From: Gammaproteobacteria bacterium
GTDB taxonomy: Bacteria > Pseudomonadota > Gammaproteobacteria > Poriferisulfidales > Oxydemutatoraceae
Length of the DNA: 64,000 bases
NCBI GenBank assembly: GCA_028817225.1
Contig: JAPPQC010000026.1
Coordinates: forward strand, 8,631 to 72,630
Reading direction: 5' to 3'
Positions within the stretch are counted from its first letter, which is position 1, and every line of letters starts with the position of its first letter. The notes under the pieces were generated by a model that saw only the letters and a program-made list of their open reading frames with translations, was not told the DNA's origin and did not search any database. Below are positions 32,559-41,846 of the stretch, piece by piece. The translations under genes were made by a program, and so were the position numbers.

Positions 32559-33091
32559 TGCCGGCGCTGCACACGCTGGTCTGGCCGGTGCAGGATTTTC
32601 TGGCGCTGGGCGGCCCCGTGCTGTTCGCCGTCATGCTCGTCACTTTCGTGATGTGGTTTCTGATTGCCGAGCGCTACTGGTATTTCGCGACCTGGTCGCC
32701 GCGCGCGATGCGGCGCTACGCGGCGATGTGGCGCCAACTTGTGGATGCGCCGGCGTGGCGGCGGCGCGCCGTTCGCCGCTGCTGGCTGTCCGAGTACCGC
32801 GTCGAGAACGAAAGGCGCCTGGCGCTGATTCGCGCGCTGGTGCGGCTGAGTTTGCTGCTCGGCCTGCTGGGCACGGTGGTCGGCATGATCGAGGTCTTCG
32901 ACGCGCTCGCCTCGACCGGCTCAAGCGACGCCCGCACCATCGCGTCGGGCGTTTCCAGGGCGACGATTCCGACGATGGCCGGCATGGTCGCGGCGCTGTC
33001 CGGCTTTTATTTTTCGGTGCATCTGCGCCACCGCGAAAAGCGCATGCTCGGGCGGCTCGAGGAACACTTTCACCGGGGCGCCGCCGCATGA
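32555..33091 (+). CDS. exbB: biopolymer transport protein ExbB
   Basis: 3-TM ExbB with 'LLGLLGTVVGMIEVF'. Confidence 0.85.
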   Translation: MMPALHTLVWPVQDFLALGGPVLFAVMLVTFVMWFLIAERYWYFATWSPRAMRRYAAMWRQLVDAPAWRRRAVRRCWLSEYRVENERRLALIRALVRLSLLLGLLGTVVGMIEVFDALASTGSSDARTIASGVSRATIPTMAGMVAALSGFYFSVHLRHREKRMLGRLEEHFHRGAAA

Positions 33092-33101
33092 GGGGCCGCG
33101 C

Positions 33102-33515
33102 ATGAGACAGCGATCCCTGTCGCGGCGGCCCGGCGAGGAGGAGGCGGACATCAACCTGACGCCGATGCTGGATGTCGTTTTCATCCTGCTGATTTTCTTC
33201 ATCGTGACCGCGTCGTTCGTCAAGGAGGCCGGCGTCGAGGTGTCGCGCCCGACCGCGGAGTCCGCCGTGCGCCAGGAACACGCCTCGATCCTGGTCGCGA
33301 TAGACGCCGGCGGCGGCGTCTGGATAGACAAGCGCACTGTGGATATCCGCGCGGTGCGCGCCAACATTGAGAGACTGCACCTGCAAAACCCGCAGGGTTC
33401 GGTCGTCATCCTCGCCGACCGCATGTCGAACAACGGCGTGCTGGTCGAGGTGCTCGACCAGGTGCGGCTGGCCGGCGTCGAGAAAATCGCCATCGCCGCG
33501 CGCAACGATGAATGA
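33102..33515 (+). CDS. exbD: biopolymer transport protein ExbD/TolR
   Basis: 'DINLTPMLDVVFILLIFFIV' TM with the conserved Asp. Confidence 0.85.
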   Translation: MRQRSLSRRPGEEEADINLTPMLDVVFILLIFFIVTASFVKEAGVEVSRPTAESAVRQEHASILVAIDAGGGVWIDKRTVDIRAVRANIERLHLQNPQGSVVILADRMSNNGVLVEVLDQVRLAGVEKIAIAARNDE

Positions 33516-34122
33516 CGCCGCCGCCGCGCGCCTGCTGGGCAGTCTGCTGGCGGCGGCGGCGGTCACCTACGGGTTGTTTCTGCTGATGTCGCGGCTGGTT
33601 GGCACCGACGCGCTGAGCGAACTGGAGACGCCGCCGCCGCTGCTGGTGGACTTCATCCGCGTCGAGCGCGACGAACAGACGGTGCCCGACCGCCGCCCGC
33701 CGCCGCCGGAGCCTGACAAGACCGAGCCGCTGCCGCCGACGATACGCAAGTTCACCGTCAACAAGCCCGCCGCCGCGCTGCCCGGCCTGGACGCGAGCCT
33801 CGCGCGTGCGCTCGACATCCGCACCGACCTGTCGGGTTTCGCCGTCGGCGACGGCGGCACGCCGCTGGTGCGGGTCAGCCCGGTGTATCCGCTGCGGGCG
33901 TCGAGCCGCGGCATCGAGGGCTGGGTCGAGATTGAATTCACGATCGCCGCCGACGGAGGCGTCGTCGCGCCGCGCGTCGTCGAGTCGGAGCCGCCGGCGG
34001 TGTTCGACCGCGCCGCGCTGCGCGCGGTTTCGCGGTGGCGCTACCGCCCGCCGGTGCAGGACGGGCGCCCGGTGCGCCGCGACGGGGTTCGCGTCGTCAT
34101 CGAGTTTCAACTGGAACGATGA
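33508..34122 (+). CDS. tonB: energy transducer TonB
   Basis: N-terminal TM, Pro-rich spacer 'RRPPPPEPDKTEPLPP', C-terminal TonB domain. ATGA overlap with exbD. Confidence 0.75.
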   Translation: MNDAAAARLLGSLLAAAAVTYGLFLLMSRLVGTDALSELETPPPLLVDFIRVERDEQTVPDRRPPPPEPDKTEPLPPTIRKFTVNKPAAALPGLDASLARALDIRTDLSGFAVGDGGTPLVRVSPVYPLRASSRGIEGWVEIEFTIAADGGVVAPRVVESEPPAVFDRAALRAVSRWRYRPPVQDGRPVRRDGVRVVIEFQLER

Positions 34123-35321
34123 GGCCGTTTGCGCGCCGCTGTCCCGCCGCGCTGCTCGCCGCCGCCTTGTGCGCGGCGCCGGCGCAGGCCGCCTGGCTGC
34201 TGTCGCAGAAGGTGTACGACGCCGTCGCCGCCGCCGCCGCGCAGGCCGAAGACGGCCAGCACGACGCCGCCCGCGCGGCACTGGAGCGGCTGGCGGCGCG
34301 CGGTTCGCTGAACCCCTACGAACGCGCGGCGGTCGAGCAGCAACTCGGCGCCTTCGCGTCGGCGCGCGGTGATTACCCCAAAGCGGCGTCGCATTTCGAG
34401 ACGGCGCTCGCCGCCGACGGCCTGCCGGAAGCGTTCGCCGGCCAGTTGCGCTACAACACCGCGCAGATTTACCTTGCGCTGGACCGCGCCGGCGACGCGC
34501 TTGCGTTGCTGAAACCGCTGTTTGACGGCGACGCCGAGCCGCCGCCGGAAAGTTACTTCTCGATGGCCTCGGCGCTGCACTATCTTGAACGCGACGCCGA
34601 GGCGCTGGAATGGGCCGAGCAGGGCCTGCGCGGCCATCCGTCGCCTGCGGAGGGGCATTATGCGCTGGTTTCCGGGCTGAACCTGCGGCTGGAACGCTGG
34701 CGCCGCGCGCGCGAACTGCTGCAGGAAATGATCCGGCGTTTCCCGGACAAGGCGGTGTACTGGCGCCAACTGACGGCGGTGTGGATGGAACTGGGCGACG
34801 ACAAGCAGGCGCTGGTCGTCGGCGAACTCGGCCACAGCCGCGGCGTGCTGGCGCAAGGCCGCGATGTGCTGCAACTGGCGCGGCTGTATCTCTACCACGA
34901 CTTCCCGCACAAGGCCGCGCACCTGTTGCAGCGCGGCCTTGACGACGGCGTCGTCGCCGGCAAGGCGGCGCATTGGGCATTGCTCGCGTCGGCGTGGAGC
35001 AACGCCCGCGAACACGCGCGCGCGGTGGCGCCGCTGCAAAAGGCGGCGCAATTGTCCGACACCGGCGAATTGTTTTTGCGGCTGGCGCGGCTGCGCGTGG
35101 AAGACGAGGACTGGCCGCGCGCGCACCGCTCGCTGGCCGCCGCTCTCCGGCGCGGCGGTCTCGCCGACGAACCCGGCGCGCGCCTGCTGAACGGCATCGT
35201 GCTGGCGAAACTTGACCGCACCGCCGAGGCCGAGGCCGAATTCTCGTACTGCCTGGGCTTTAAAACAACGCGCACCGACGCGACGCGCTGGCTGGAGTAT
35301 CTCGGCCAGGCGAACCGCTGA
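34119..35321 (+). CDS. tetratricopeptide-repeat protein (TtpD-like, TonB2-system associated)
   Basis: Signal peptide plus multiple TPR-like helices. Overlaps the tonB stop. Confidence 0.7.
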   Translation: MRPFARRCPAALLAAALCAAPAQAAWLLSQKVYDAVAAAAAQAEDGQHDAARAALERLAARGSLNPYERAAVEQQLGAFASARGDYPKAASHFETALAADGLPEAFAGQLRYNTAQIYLALDRAGDALALLKPLFDGDAEPPPESYFSMASALHYLERDAEALEWAEQGLRGHPSPAEGHYALVSGLNLRLERWRRARELLQEMIRRFPDKAVYWRQLTAVWMELGDDKQALVVGELGHSRGVLAQGRDVLQLARLYLYHDFPHKAAHLLQRGLDDGVVAGKAAHWALLASAWSNAREHARAVAPLQKAAQLSDTGELFLRLARLRVEDEDWPRAHRSLAAALRRGGLADEPGARLLNGIVLAKLDRTAEAEAEFSYCLGFKTTRTDATRWLEYLGQANR

Positions 35322-35328
35322 CCGGCGC

Positions 35329-36921
35329 CTACGATTCGCCGTCGAGGACGATGCGAAAGCCGATGCGCGGCGAGTGGAACGATGCCGGCACGCGGTTCTC
35401 GAAGTCGATGCGCGCGGTTTCTTTGCCCGGCAGCGAGAAGTTGCCGCCCTTGACGACGACCGCGTAGCCGTTGCCGGAGACGCCGATGCTGCGGGTCCAC
35501 TCGGAGACATTGCCGCCCATGTTCAGGATGGCGCCGTGCGGCGTGACATCGCCGCGGTTTTCCAGCGCCGGCAGCGGCGCGGTCGCCGGGTTCTCGGCGG
35601 TGGCGGCGCGGCCTTTCTCGTAAAAGGCGCCCCACGGATAGGCGTAGCGCCCGTTGGACGACGCCGCCGCGGTCCATTCGGCGGCGCTCGGCAGGCGCCC
35701 GCCGGCCCATCTTGCGAACGCATAGGCCGACCACCAGTCAATGCCGGTCGCGGGCAGGCGGTCGTCGTCCGTCTCCGGCCACGGCGGCGGGCGGTAGTCG
35801 TGGTCTTTCGGTTCGTTCTCGTTGGCGTAGAAGCCGAGTTGCGCGATCGGGTCTTGCAGAAAACGGCGGTACTGGGCGCGCGTCACCTCGTGGCGCAGAA
35901 TGCGGAAGGTCTGTTGCCGGCGGTCGCGGTCGAACAGTTTCTCGATGACTTCAAGATGCCGGCGCGACAGCGCCGCCAGCAGCCCCGGAATTCTCGCGTC
36001 CTGCGGCAGGCCGAGCGGGTAGGCGCCCGGCGCAATCCGCGCGATTGGCGTGTCTTGCTGCGACCACGGCGGTCTTTGCGGCGCCCGCTCATAGACGCAG
36101 CGAAAACCGACATAGGGCGAGCGGTAGGCCGGCGGCGCGTGGCGGTAGAGCGCGTTCAGGCTGTAGATTTCATACGGGCGGTTGAAGGCATTGCCGCCGT
36201 GCAGGCTCGGGCGCGGGTCGTCGCGCGTTCCCTGCGCCCATTCGGACACATTGCCGCCGAGGTCGTGCAGCCCCTGCGGCGTGTCGAGGCCGGGGTGCAC
36301 GCCGCACCGCTGCGCCGCGTTGAGGCGCGCGTCGAGGTGCGGCCAGCCGGAGGCGTTGAAGGCGCCGCCCCACGGGTAGAGCCGCGCCTCGACGCCGCCG
36401 GCGAGCGCCATCCATTCGCGGCGCGTCGGCAGGCGGCCTCCGGCGGCGCGGCAGTAGGCGTGGGCGTCGTAATAACTGACGCCGTTGGCCGGCGCCGCGA
36501 GACGCCCGCTGATCTTGTGGTCGCGGCTGGCGCTGTCGTAGCTCCAGCCGCCGGGCTGGCCGGGCGCGGCGATGCCCGGCGGGCGGTGCAGCGCCTGCCA
36601 TTTTGAGAACTTGTAGAAATTCTCCTGGCGCACCTCGCAGCGGTCGGCCCAGAGGGTGCTCTGGTTGTGCGTGAACGGCTTCCCGGCCAGCAGGTGGTCG
36701 AACGAGCGGATGTACTCGAAGGCGCGGAGGTTGGACAGCAGAATGCGGTCGAGTCGCCGGCCCTGCGTGTCGCCGCCGCCGGCATTGCCGTCGCCGCCGC
36801 GCACGGCGACGGTGTCGAAGTCGTGGAAGGTGACGCGCAGTTTGTAGTAACTGGCGACGGCGATCGCGAGCACGAAAAGCGCCAGCGCGGTGTTCAGCAA
36901 CGCCGAAAAAACGCGCTTCAT
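35329..36921 (-). CDS. membrane-anchored protein with two tandem FGE-sulfatase (SUMF1/EgtB/PvdO) domains
   Basis: N-terminal TM, then two domains each carrying 'RLP...EW' and 'GGNVSEW' FGE-like motifs. ATGA overlap with the upstream gene. Confidence 0.75.
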   Translation of the reverse strand: MKRVFSALLNTALALFVLAIAVASYYKLRVTFHDFDTVAVRGGDGNAGGGDTQGRRLDRILLSNLRAFEYIRSFDHLLAGKPFTHNQSTLWADRCEVRQENFYKFSKWQALHRPPGIAAPGQPGGWSYDSASRDHKISGRLAAPANGVSYYDAHAYCRAAGGRLPTRREWMALAGGVEARLYPWGGAFNASGWPHLDARLNAAQRCGVHPGLDTPQGLHDLGGNVSEWAQGTRDDPRPSLHGGNAFNRPYEIYSLNALYRHAPPAYRSPYVGFRCVYERAPQRPPWSQQDTPIARIAPGAYPLGLPQDARIPGLLAALSRRHLEVIEKLFDRDRRQQTFRILRHEVTRAQYRRFLQDPIAQLGFYANENEPKDHDYRPPPWPETDDDRLPATGIDWWSAYAFARWAGGRLPSAAEWTAAASSNGRYAYPWGAFYEKGRAATAENPATAPLPALENRGDVTPHGAILNMGGNVSEWTRSIGVSGNGYAVVVKGGNFSLPGKETARIDFENRVPASFHSPRIGFRIVLDGES

Positions 36922-38636
36922 TGCGTGAACGGCAGCCGTCCGAATCTGCGTAAAAGCCCCAGCACCAGCAGCAGCGCGGCGATGCCGCTGGCGAGGAACA
37001 TCTCGCGCTCCTTGCGGTGGCGCACCGGCGGGCGGTAGGTCATCCACGACACTTCGTTGACGCGAATGCCGTTTTCGTCGGTCGCCAGCCGCAGGCGCCC
37101 GTCGCCGTCAAGCGCCGCATAGACGAACGCGATCAGGTAGTCGTCCCTTTCCGGGCTGACGAAGGTCGCGACGCGCCAGCGCCAGGCGCGCGGCTCGCGC
37201 TGCGCCGGCGGCATCAGCACCAGGGTTCCCTGTTTCAGCGGCGTTTGCAGGCCGCGGTAAATCGCCGGGTACAGTCCGAGGCGGCTGGTGACCTCGGCCT
37301 CGCCGGGCAGGAAGGCGAGGGCTTCCTGGCGTTCGTTGCCGGCGAGTTCCGCCTTTTTCAGCGGGCGGTTGCGTTCCAGCGCCAGTTGGTTGTCGGCGAG
37401 GCCGGGCGCCGTTTGCTGCGACACGCGCAAAGGCCGGCCCGCGGAGACGGTTTGCACCTGCTCGCCGAGTTGTTTCAGCAGCGCCAGTTGCGCCGGGTCG
37501 CGCGGCAGTTGCGTCGCCGCCGCCGGGGTCAGCACATCGCGGCGGAAGTCAAACCGTTCCAGCGTCAGGTAGCGGCCGCTGTCGGCGTCGTTTTGCGCCT
37601 TTTCCATGAAACCGAACAGCGCGGCCAGCAGCCGGGTGTAGTCAATCCGGTTTTCGCCGCCGCCGCGCGAGGTCTCGACGATTTCGCTGTTTTTCCTGTC
37701 CGCCGACTTGCTCGCCGACGGCACCGCCGTGCGGAAGCGGATGACCGACGGCGCCTGCCCCTGCTGCGCGCCCGGGTTCATGGCCTGTCCCATCAGTTGC
37801 GACAGCGCGTTGAACATCGCGTCGCTGCGGCGCGACAGTTCGCTTTGCTCGGCGCGCCCGTCGCCGGGCAGGTCGGACGGCGGCGTTTCGGCATCCCACG
37901 CGAGGTCGTCGAACGGGTACGGCTCGCTCGCGGCGTCGCCGGACAGGTCGGTGTCCTGCGGAAACGCCTGCCACGCCTTGCCGCCGTGGCGCGGGCCGTC
38001 GTCGGCCCGGCCCTCGCCGGGTTCGGCGGGCGGCTTCTCCTCATCGGCCCCGTCCGCCGGTTCGCCGCCCGCCGCGGCCCAATCGGCGCCGGGCACCGGC
38101 GCGCCGTCTTCGTAGCCGATGAAGTGCCAGTGCCCGGGCAGCCGCCCGTGGTGCTGGCGCAGGATGGACATCGTGATGTAGAACATCCGCACATCGTAGA
38201 TGTCCACGCGAATCCGCGCCTTCTGCTGCGGCGTCATCGCCGCGAGGAAATGGTCGAAGGCGTTGTTCTGTTTCAGCAGTTCGTCGCGCCGGAACACGCG
38301 CTTGCTGTAATAGTCGCGCACGAAGTCGGTGTGGAGTTCAATGATCGGCATGACCCGGAAGTCGAGCACGCGGTCAAGCGGCGAGTTGTGGTAGTCGTGC
38401 AGCCGCGCCGGCGCCGAGGTCGGCAGGCCGTTCATGACCACCGATGTCGCCAGGTCGCGGCTGAGCAGCACCGAGATGTCCTCGACCTCGGCCAGGCGCT
38501 CCTGCTCCTGCGCGTGCTTGGTCGCAATCGTGATCACAATCAGGATGATGATGATGGCGACGCTGTTGGCGAGGATGTCGGCCAGCGCGATGCCGGCGAA
38601 ACCCGGGAAAAGACGCGGCTGTGCGCGGCTGCTCAT
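36918..38636 (-). CDS. hypothetical 572-aa protein with ExbD/TolR-like N-terminal TM (Asp-containing), long acidic linker and C-terminal TM
   Basis: 'FAGIALADILANSVAIIIILIVITIA' resembles the ExbD/TolR TM segment. Low-complexity D/E/P/G linker. Ends with a hydrophobic helix. Confidence 0.55.
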   Translation of the reverse strand: MSSRAQPRLFPGFAGIALADILANSVAIIIILIVITIATKHAQEQERLAEVEDISVLLSRDLATSVVMNGLPTSAPARLHDYHNSPLDRVLDFRVMPIIELHTDFVRDYYSKRVFRRDELLKQNNAFDHFLAAMTPQQKARIRVDIYDVRMFYITMSILRQHHGRLPGHWHFIGYEDGAPVPGADWAAAGGEPADGADEEKPPAEPGEGRADDGPRHGGKAWQAFPQDTDLSGDAASEPYPFDDLAWDAETPPSDLPGDGRAEQSELSRRSDAMFNALSQLMGQAMNPGAQQGQAPSVIRFRTAVPSASKSADRKNSEIVETSRGGGENRIDYTRLLAALFGFMEKAQNDADSGRYLTLERFDFRRDVLTPAAATQLPRDPAQLALLKQLGEQVQTVSAGRPLRVSQQTAPGLADNQLALERNRPLKKAELAGNERQEALAFLPGEAEVTSRLGLYPAIYRGLQTPLKQGTLVLMPPAQREPRAWRWRVATFVSPERDDYLIAFVYAALDGDGRLRLATDENGIRVNEVSWMTYRPPVRHRKEREMFLASGIAALLLVLGLLRRFGRLPFTQ

Positions 38637-39163
38637 TGCGCCCGCTCGCGGACGACCTCGTCAATGTAGGGGGGGATGTCGTCGAGCGAGACCGATTTCA
38701 GCAGTTCCCTGTCGGCGATGATCCAGCCGATGGTCAGGTTTTTGCCGGGCATGATCTGCATCATGCAGTTGCGCGCCTCGGCCATCGTCGCGACGCTGTT
38801 TTCAAGGATGGTGAAGACGATTTGGCGGTCGCGCGCCTGGTAGATGCGGCGCGCGTAGCGCGTGAACGGGCTGTTCCCGGCGCAGATGGCGCCCTTGCGC
38901 ACGGTCTCGGAGGTCTCGGCGATTCGCAGTTCGCCGGGAAAGGCGATGACGACATGGCCGGAGCCGCGCGTGCCCCAGTCCACCTTGTAGGCGCCGCCTT
39001 CGTTGATGTCCGACAGGCGCTCCTGCAGCGACGCCTGCGAGAAGGTGTTGATCAGCAGGAACAGCACCAGCAGCAGCGCGAACACGCCGCCGAAAATCTC
39101 GACCGAGGGCGCGTTGTTCTTTTCCTGGTCGCGCAGGCTGTCGCGGTGGCCTCGTTGTCGCAT
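38633..39163 (-). CDS. hypothetical single-pass membrane protein (ExbD/TolR-like architecture)
   Basis: Basic N-terminus, TM 'VEIFGGVFALLLVLFLLI', periplasmic domain of about 120 aa. ATGA overlap downstream. Confidence 0.5.
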   Translation of the reverse strand: MRQRGHRDSLRDQEKNNAPSVEIFGGVFALLLVLFLLINTFSQASLQERLSDINEGGAYKVDWGTRGSGHVVIAFPGELRIAETSETVRKGAICAGNSPFTRYARRIYQARDRQIVFTILENSVATMAEARNCMMQIMPGKNLTIGWIIADRELLKSVSLDDIPPYIDEVVRERAQ

Positions 39164-39168
39164 CGGCG

Positions 39169-40215
39169 TCAGTCGTTCAGGTTGAGGATGCGGTTCTCGT
39201 AAATCGTCAGCAGGTTGTTTTCCCAGCGTTGCAGCATGGTCTGGAGCAGCGTCAGGACGATGCTGAGCGACAGCGCGATCAGCGTCGTGTCAAAGGCGAT
39301 GCCGAGCGGCGAGATGGCCTTGCCGAGTTCGTTCGACAACTGCGCGAGGCCGTGCTGGTTGCTGATGATCTGCTGGATGCCGTCGGAGGCGAGCGAGATG
39401 CCGAACACGGTGCCGATGAAGCCGAGTATCGGGATGGCCCAGTTGAGGTAGCGCGGCAGGATGTAGAAGTCGCCCGATTTCTTCCAAATCAGGTCGAGGT
39501 AGATCTCCGGCGTCGTGTTGGCGTTTTCGTACATGGTCTGGCGGTAGGCGCGTATCAGCAGCGAGCGCGCCGGCTTCGACAGCAGGCGCTGTTCGCGCCA
39601 CAGCACATAGCCCTTGCCGAGCAGCATCACCAGGCCCCAGCTGAACAGCAGGATGGTCAGCGGCGGAATCGGGCCGCGGTCGAGAAACTTGCCGGTGAAA
39701 AACGCCAGGTCGGGGCGCGCCGCCGCGAGGTTGTGCACCGCGACCAGAATGCCGGTGGACAGCACCACCGCGGCGGACAGCGTCAGCAGCAGCGGCGGCC
39801 CGGACAGCGCCGCCTCCAGTTTGCCGGTGACGCTTTGCGTGTGCTCGTCGGCGGACAGGCGGCTCATCAGGATATAGAACACATAGAGCGCCATCGTCAC
39901 CGCCAGCAGCGGCAGCGAGCGTTCCAGCAGCGCGCTGTGCTTGCCGATCAGCGGAATGAAAATCTGGTAGGCGACGACGGCGCTGATCAGTATCAGCGAC
40001 AGCAGCGTCGTCCATTCCAGCGTCTTGTAGATGGCCAGGCGGTTTTGCAGCGCCAGCGCCGCCAGCGGCAGCGCCCCGGCGGCGACGCCGGCGGCGATGC
40101 CGTAGATGACCGCGGCGCCGGTGGCGTAGAATAAACTGCCGAAGGCCGCCGGGAACAGCAGCAGCGCCAAAACCGCCGGCACGGTTTTCGCCGGTGTCAG
40201 GTCGGGTTTTTGCAT
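39169..40215 (-). CDS. MotA/TolQ/ExbB proton-channel family protein with extended N-terminal TM region
   Basis: C-terminal 'NWAIPILGFIGTVFGISLA...GIAFDTTLIALSLSIV' matches the MotA/ExbB signature. About 200 aa of extra TM helices lie N-terminal to it. Confidence 0.7.
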   Translation of the reverse strand: MQKPDLTPAKTVPAVLALLLFPAAFGSLFYATGAAVIYGIAAGVAAGALPLAALALQNRLAIYKTLEWTTLLSLILISAVVAYQIFIPLIGKHSALLERSLPLLAVTMALYVFYILMSRLSADEHTQSVTGKLEAALSGPPLLLTLSAAVVLSTGILVAVHNLAAARPDLAFFTGKFLDRGPIPPLTILLFSWGLVMLLGKGYVLWREQRLLSKPARSLLIRAYRQTMYENANTTPEIYLDLIWKKSGDFYILPRYLNWAIPILGFIGTVFGISLASDGIQQIISNQHGLAQLSNELGKAISPLGIAFDTTLIALSLSIVLTLLQTMLQRWENNLLTIYENRILNLND

Positions 40216-40283
40216 AACCGCTGATTATAGTCCAGGCGGCGGCGCAATGCACCGCGCACGGCGAAGTCCGTGTGATAGACTGC

Positions 40284-40949
40284 ATGACGAAGATGAACAC
40301 GGCTTCCTTGCACCGGGTCAGCGGCAGGCCGCTGGCGCCGCCGTTTCCCGAAGGCGCCGAACAGGCGCTGTTCGCGCTCGGCTGTTTCTGGGGCGCCGAG
40401 CGCTGTTTCTGGACCTTGCCCGGCGTCTATGTGACGGCGGTCGGCTACGCCGGCGGGCACACCGACCATCCGACCTACGAGCAGGTTTGCGGCGGCGCCA
40501 CCGGCCACGCCGAGGCGGTGCTTGTCGTCTATCGCGGCACGCGCGCGGCGTGGCCGGAATTGCTGAAGGTGTTCTGGGAGGCGCACGACCCGACGCAGGG
40601 GATGCGCCAGGGCAACGACATCGGCAGCCAGTACCGTTCGGCGATTTTCTGCGGCAGCGGCGAGCAACTGGAGTCGGCGCGGCGTTCGCGCGAACACTAC
40701 CAGGCGGCGCTGAGCGCCGCAGGCCGCGGCGCCATCACGACGGAAATCGCGCCGGCGCCGGCGTTCTTCTACGCCGAGGATGTCCACCAGCAGTATCTGG
40801 CGAAGAATCCGCGCGGCTATTGCGGGCTGGGCGGCACCGGTGTCCGCTTTGACGGTTTCGACGCCGCGCCGTCACAGGCCGGCGCCCAGCAGGTCGTGCA
40901 TGTTGAGCGCGCCGACCAGCGTCTTGCGGTCGTCAAAGACCGGCATTGA
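40284..40949 (+). CDS. msrA: peptide-methionine (S)-S-oxide reductase
   Basis: '[12 protein letters not shown]' active site. The C-terminus is extended by about 30 aa and overlaps the convergent kdsD by 78 nt. Confidence 0.88.
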   Translation: MTKMNTASLHRVSGRPLAPPFPEGAEQALFALGCFWGAERCFWTLPGVYVTAVGYAGGHTDHPTYEQVCGGATGHAEAVLVVYRGTRAAWPELLKVFWEAHDPTQGMRQGNDIGSQYRSAIFCGSGEQLESARRSREHYQAALSAAGRGAITTEIAPAPAFFYAEDVHQQYLAKNPRGYCGLGGTGVRFDGFDAAPSQAGAQQVVHVERADQRLAVVKDRH

Positions 40950-41846
40950 ACTGATTTTTTTCGCCTCCATCAGGTTCAGCGCCTCGACGGCGAGGTCGTC
41001 GCGCCCGACGGAGTGGAAGGCGCGCGTCATCATCGTGTCAATCGTCGCCCCCATGATGTCGGTGTCGTTGTCGAGCGCGCGCCGCAGGTCGCCGTCGGTG
41101 AACAGGCCGTGCACGGTGCCGGCGTCGTCCACGACCAGCGTCATGCCCAGCCCCTTGCGCGACATTTCGTAGAGCGCGTCGGTCAGTTGCGCGCCCGGCG
41201 GCACCCTCGGGATGGCGTCGCCGGTGCGCATCAGGTCGGCGACTTTCAGAATCAGGCGCTTGCCGAGATGGCCGCCGGGGTGCGAGCGCGCGAAGTCCTC
41301 GGCGGTGAAGTCGCGGTTGCTGAGCAGCGCGATGGCGAGGGCGTCGCCCATCGCCAGCGCCGCCGCGGTGCTCGCCGTCGGCGCCAGCCCCAGCGGGCAG
41401 GCCTCCTGCTCGACGGCGGTGTCGAGGCACACATCGGCGGCCCTGCCGAGGGTCGAGTCGCAGTTGCCGGTCAGCACAATCAGCGGCGTGCGCAGCCTTT
41501 TCAGCGACGGCAGCAGCGAGTTGATTTCGGCGGTCTCGCCGGAGTGCGACAGCACGACAATCACATCGTCGCCGCTGATCATGCCGAGGTCGCCGTGGCC
41601 GGCCTCCGCCGGGTGAATGTAGAAGGCGGTGCTGCCGGTGCTCGCCAGCGTCGAGGTGATCTTGTTGGCGATGTGGCCGGATTTGCCGATGCCCATCAGC
41701 ACGATGCGCCCGGCGCATTCGTTCAGCAGGCGGCACGCGCGGTGGAAGTTCTCGTCAATCCGCCCGCGCAGCGCGCGGATGGCCTCGGCCTCGGTGTCGA
41801 GCACCGCGATGGCGAGTTTTCGGACTTCCTCGAATTCAAATTTCAT
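40872..41846 (-). CDS. kdsD: arabinose-5-phosphate isomerase (SIS + tandem CBS)
   Basis: '[17 protein letters not shown]' SIS motif and C-terminal CBS pair. Start at the internal ATG 41846. The 723-aa ORF extension is an artefact. Confidence 0.88.
   Translation of the reverse strand: MKFEFEEVRKLAIAVLDTEAEAIRALRGRIDENFHRACRLLNECAGRIVLMGIGKSGHIANKITSTLASTGSTAFYIHPAEAGHGDLGMISGDDVIVVLSHSGETAEINSLLPSLKRLRTPLIVLTGNCDSTLGRAADVCLDTAVEQEACPLGLAPTASTAAALAMGDALAIALLSNRDFTAEDFARSHPGGHLGKRLILKVADLMRTGDAIPRVPPGAQLTDALYEMSRKGLGMTLVVDDAGTVHGLFTDGDLRRALDNDTDIMGATIDTMMTRAFHSVGRDDLAVEALNLMEAKKISSMPVFDDRKTLVGALNMHDLLGAGL

Noticed and set aside
33406-34980. 524-aa minus-strand ORF antisense to tonB and the TPR gene
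   Set aside because: Arg/Pro-rich artefact.
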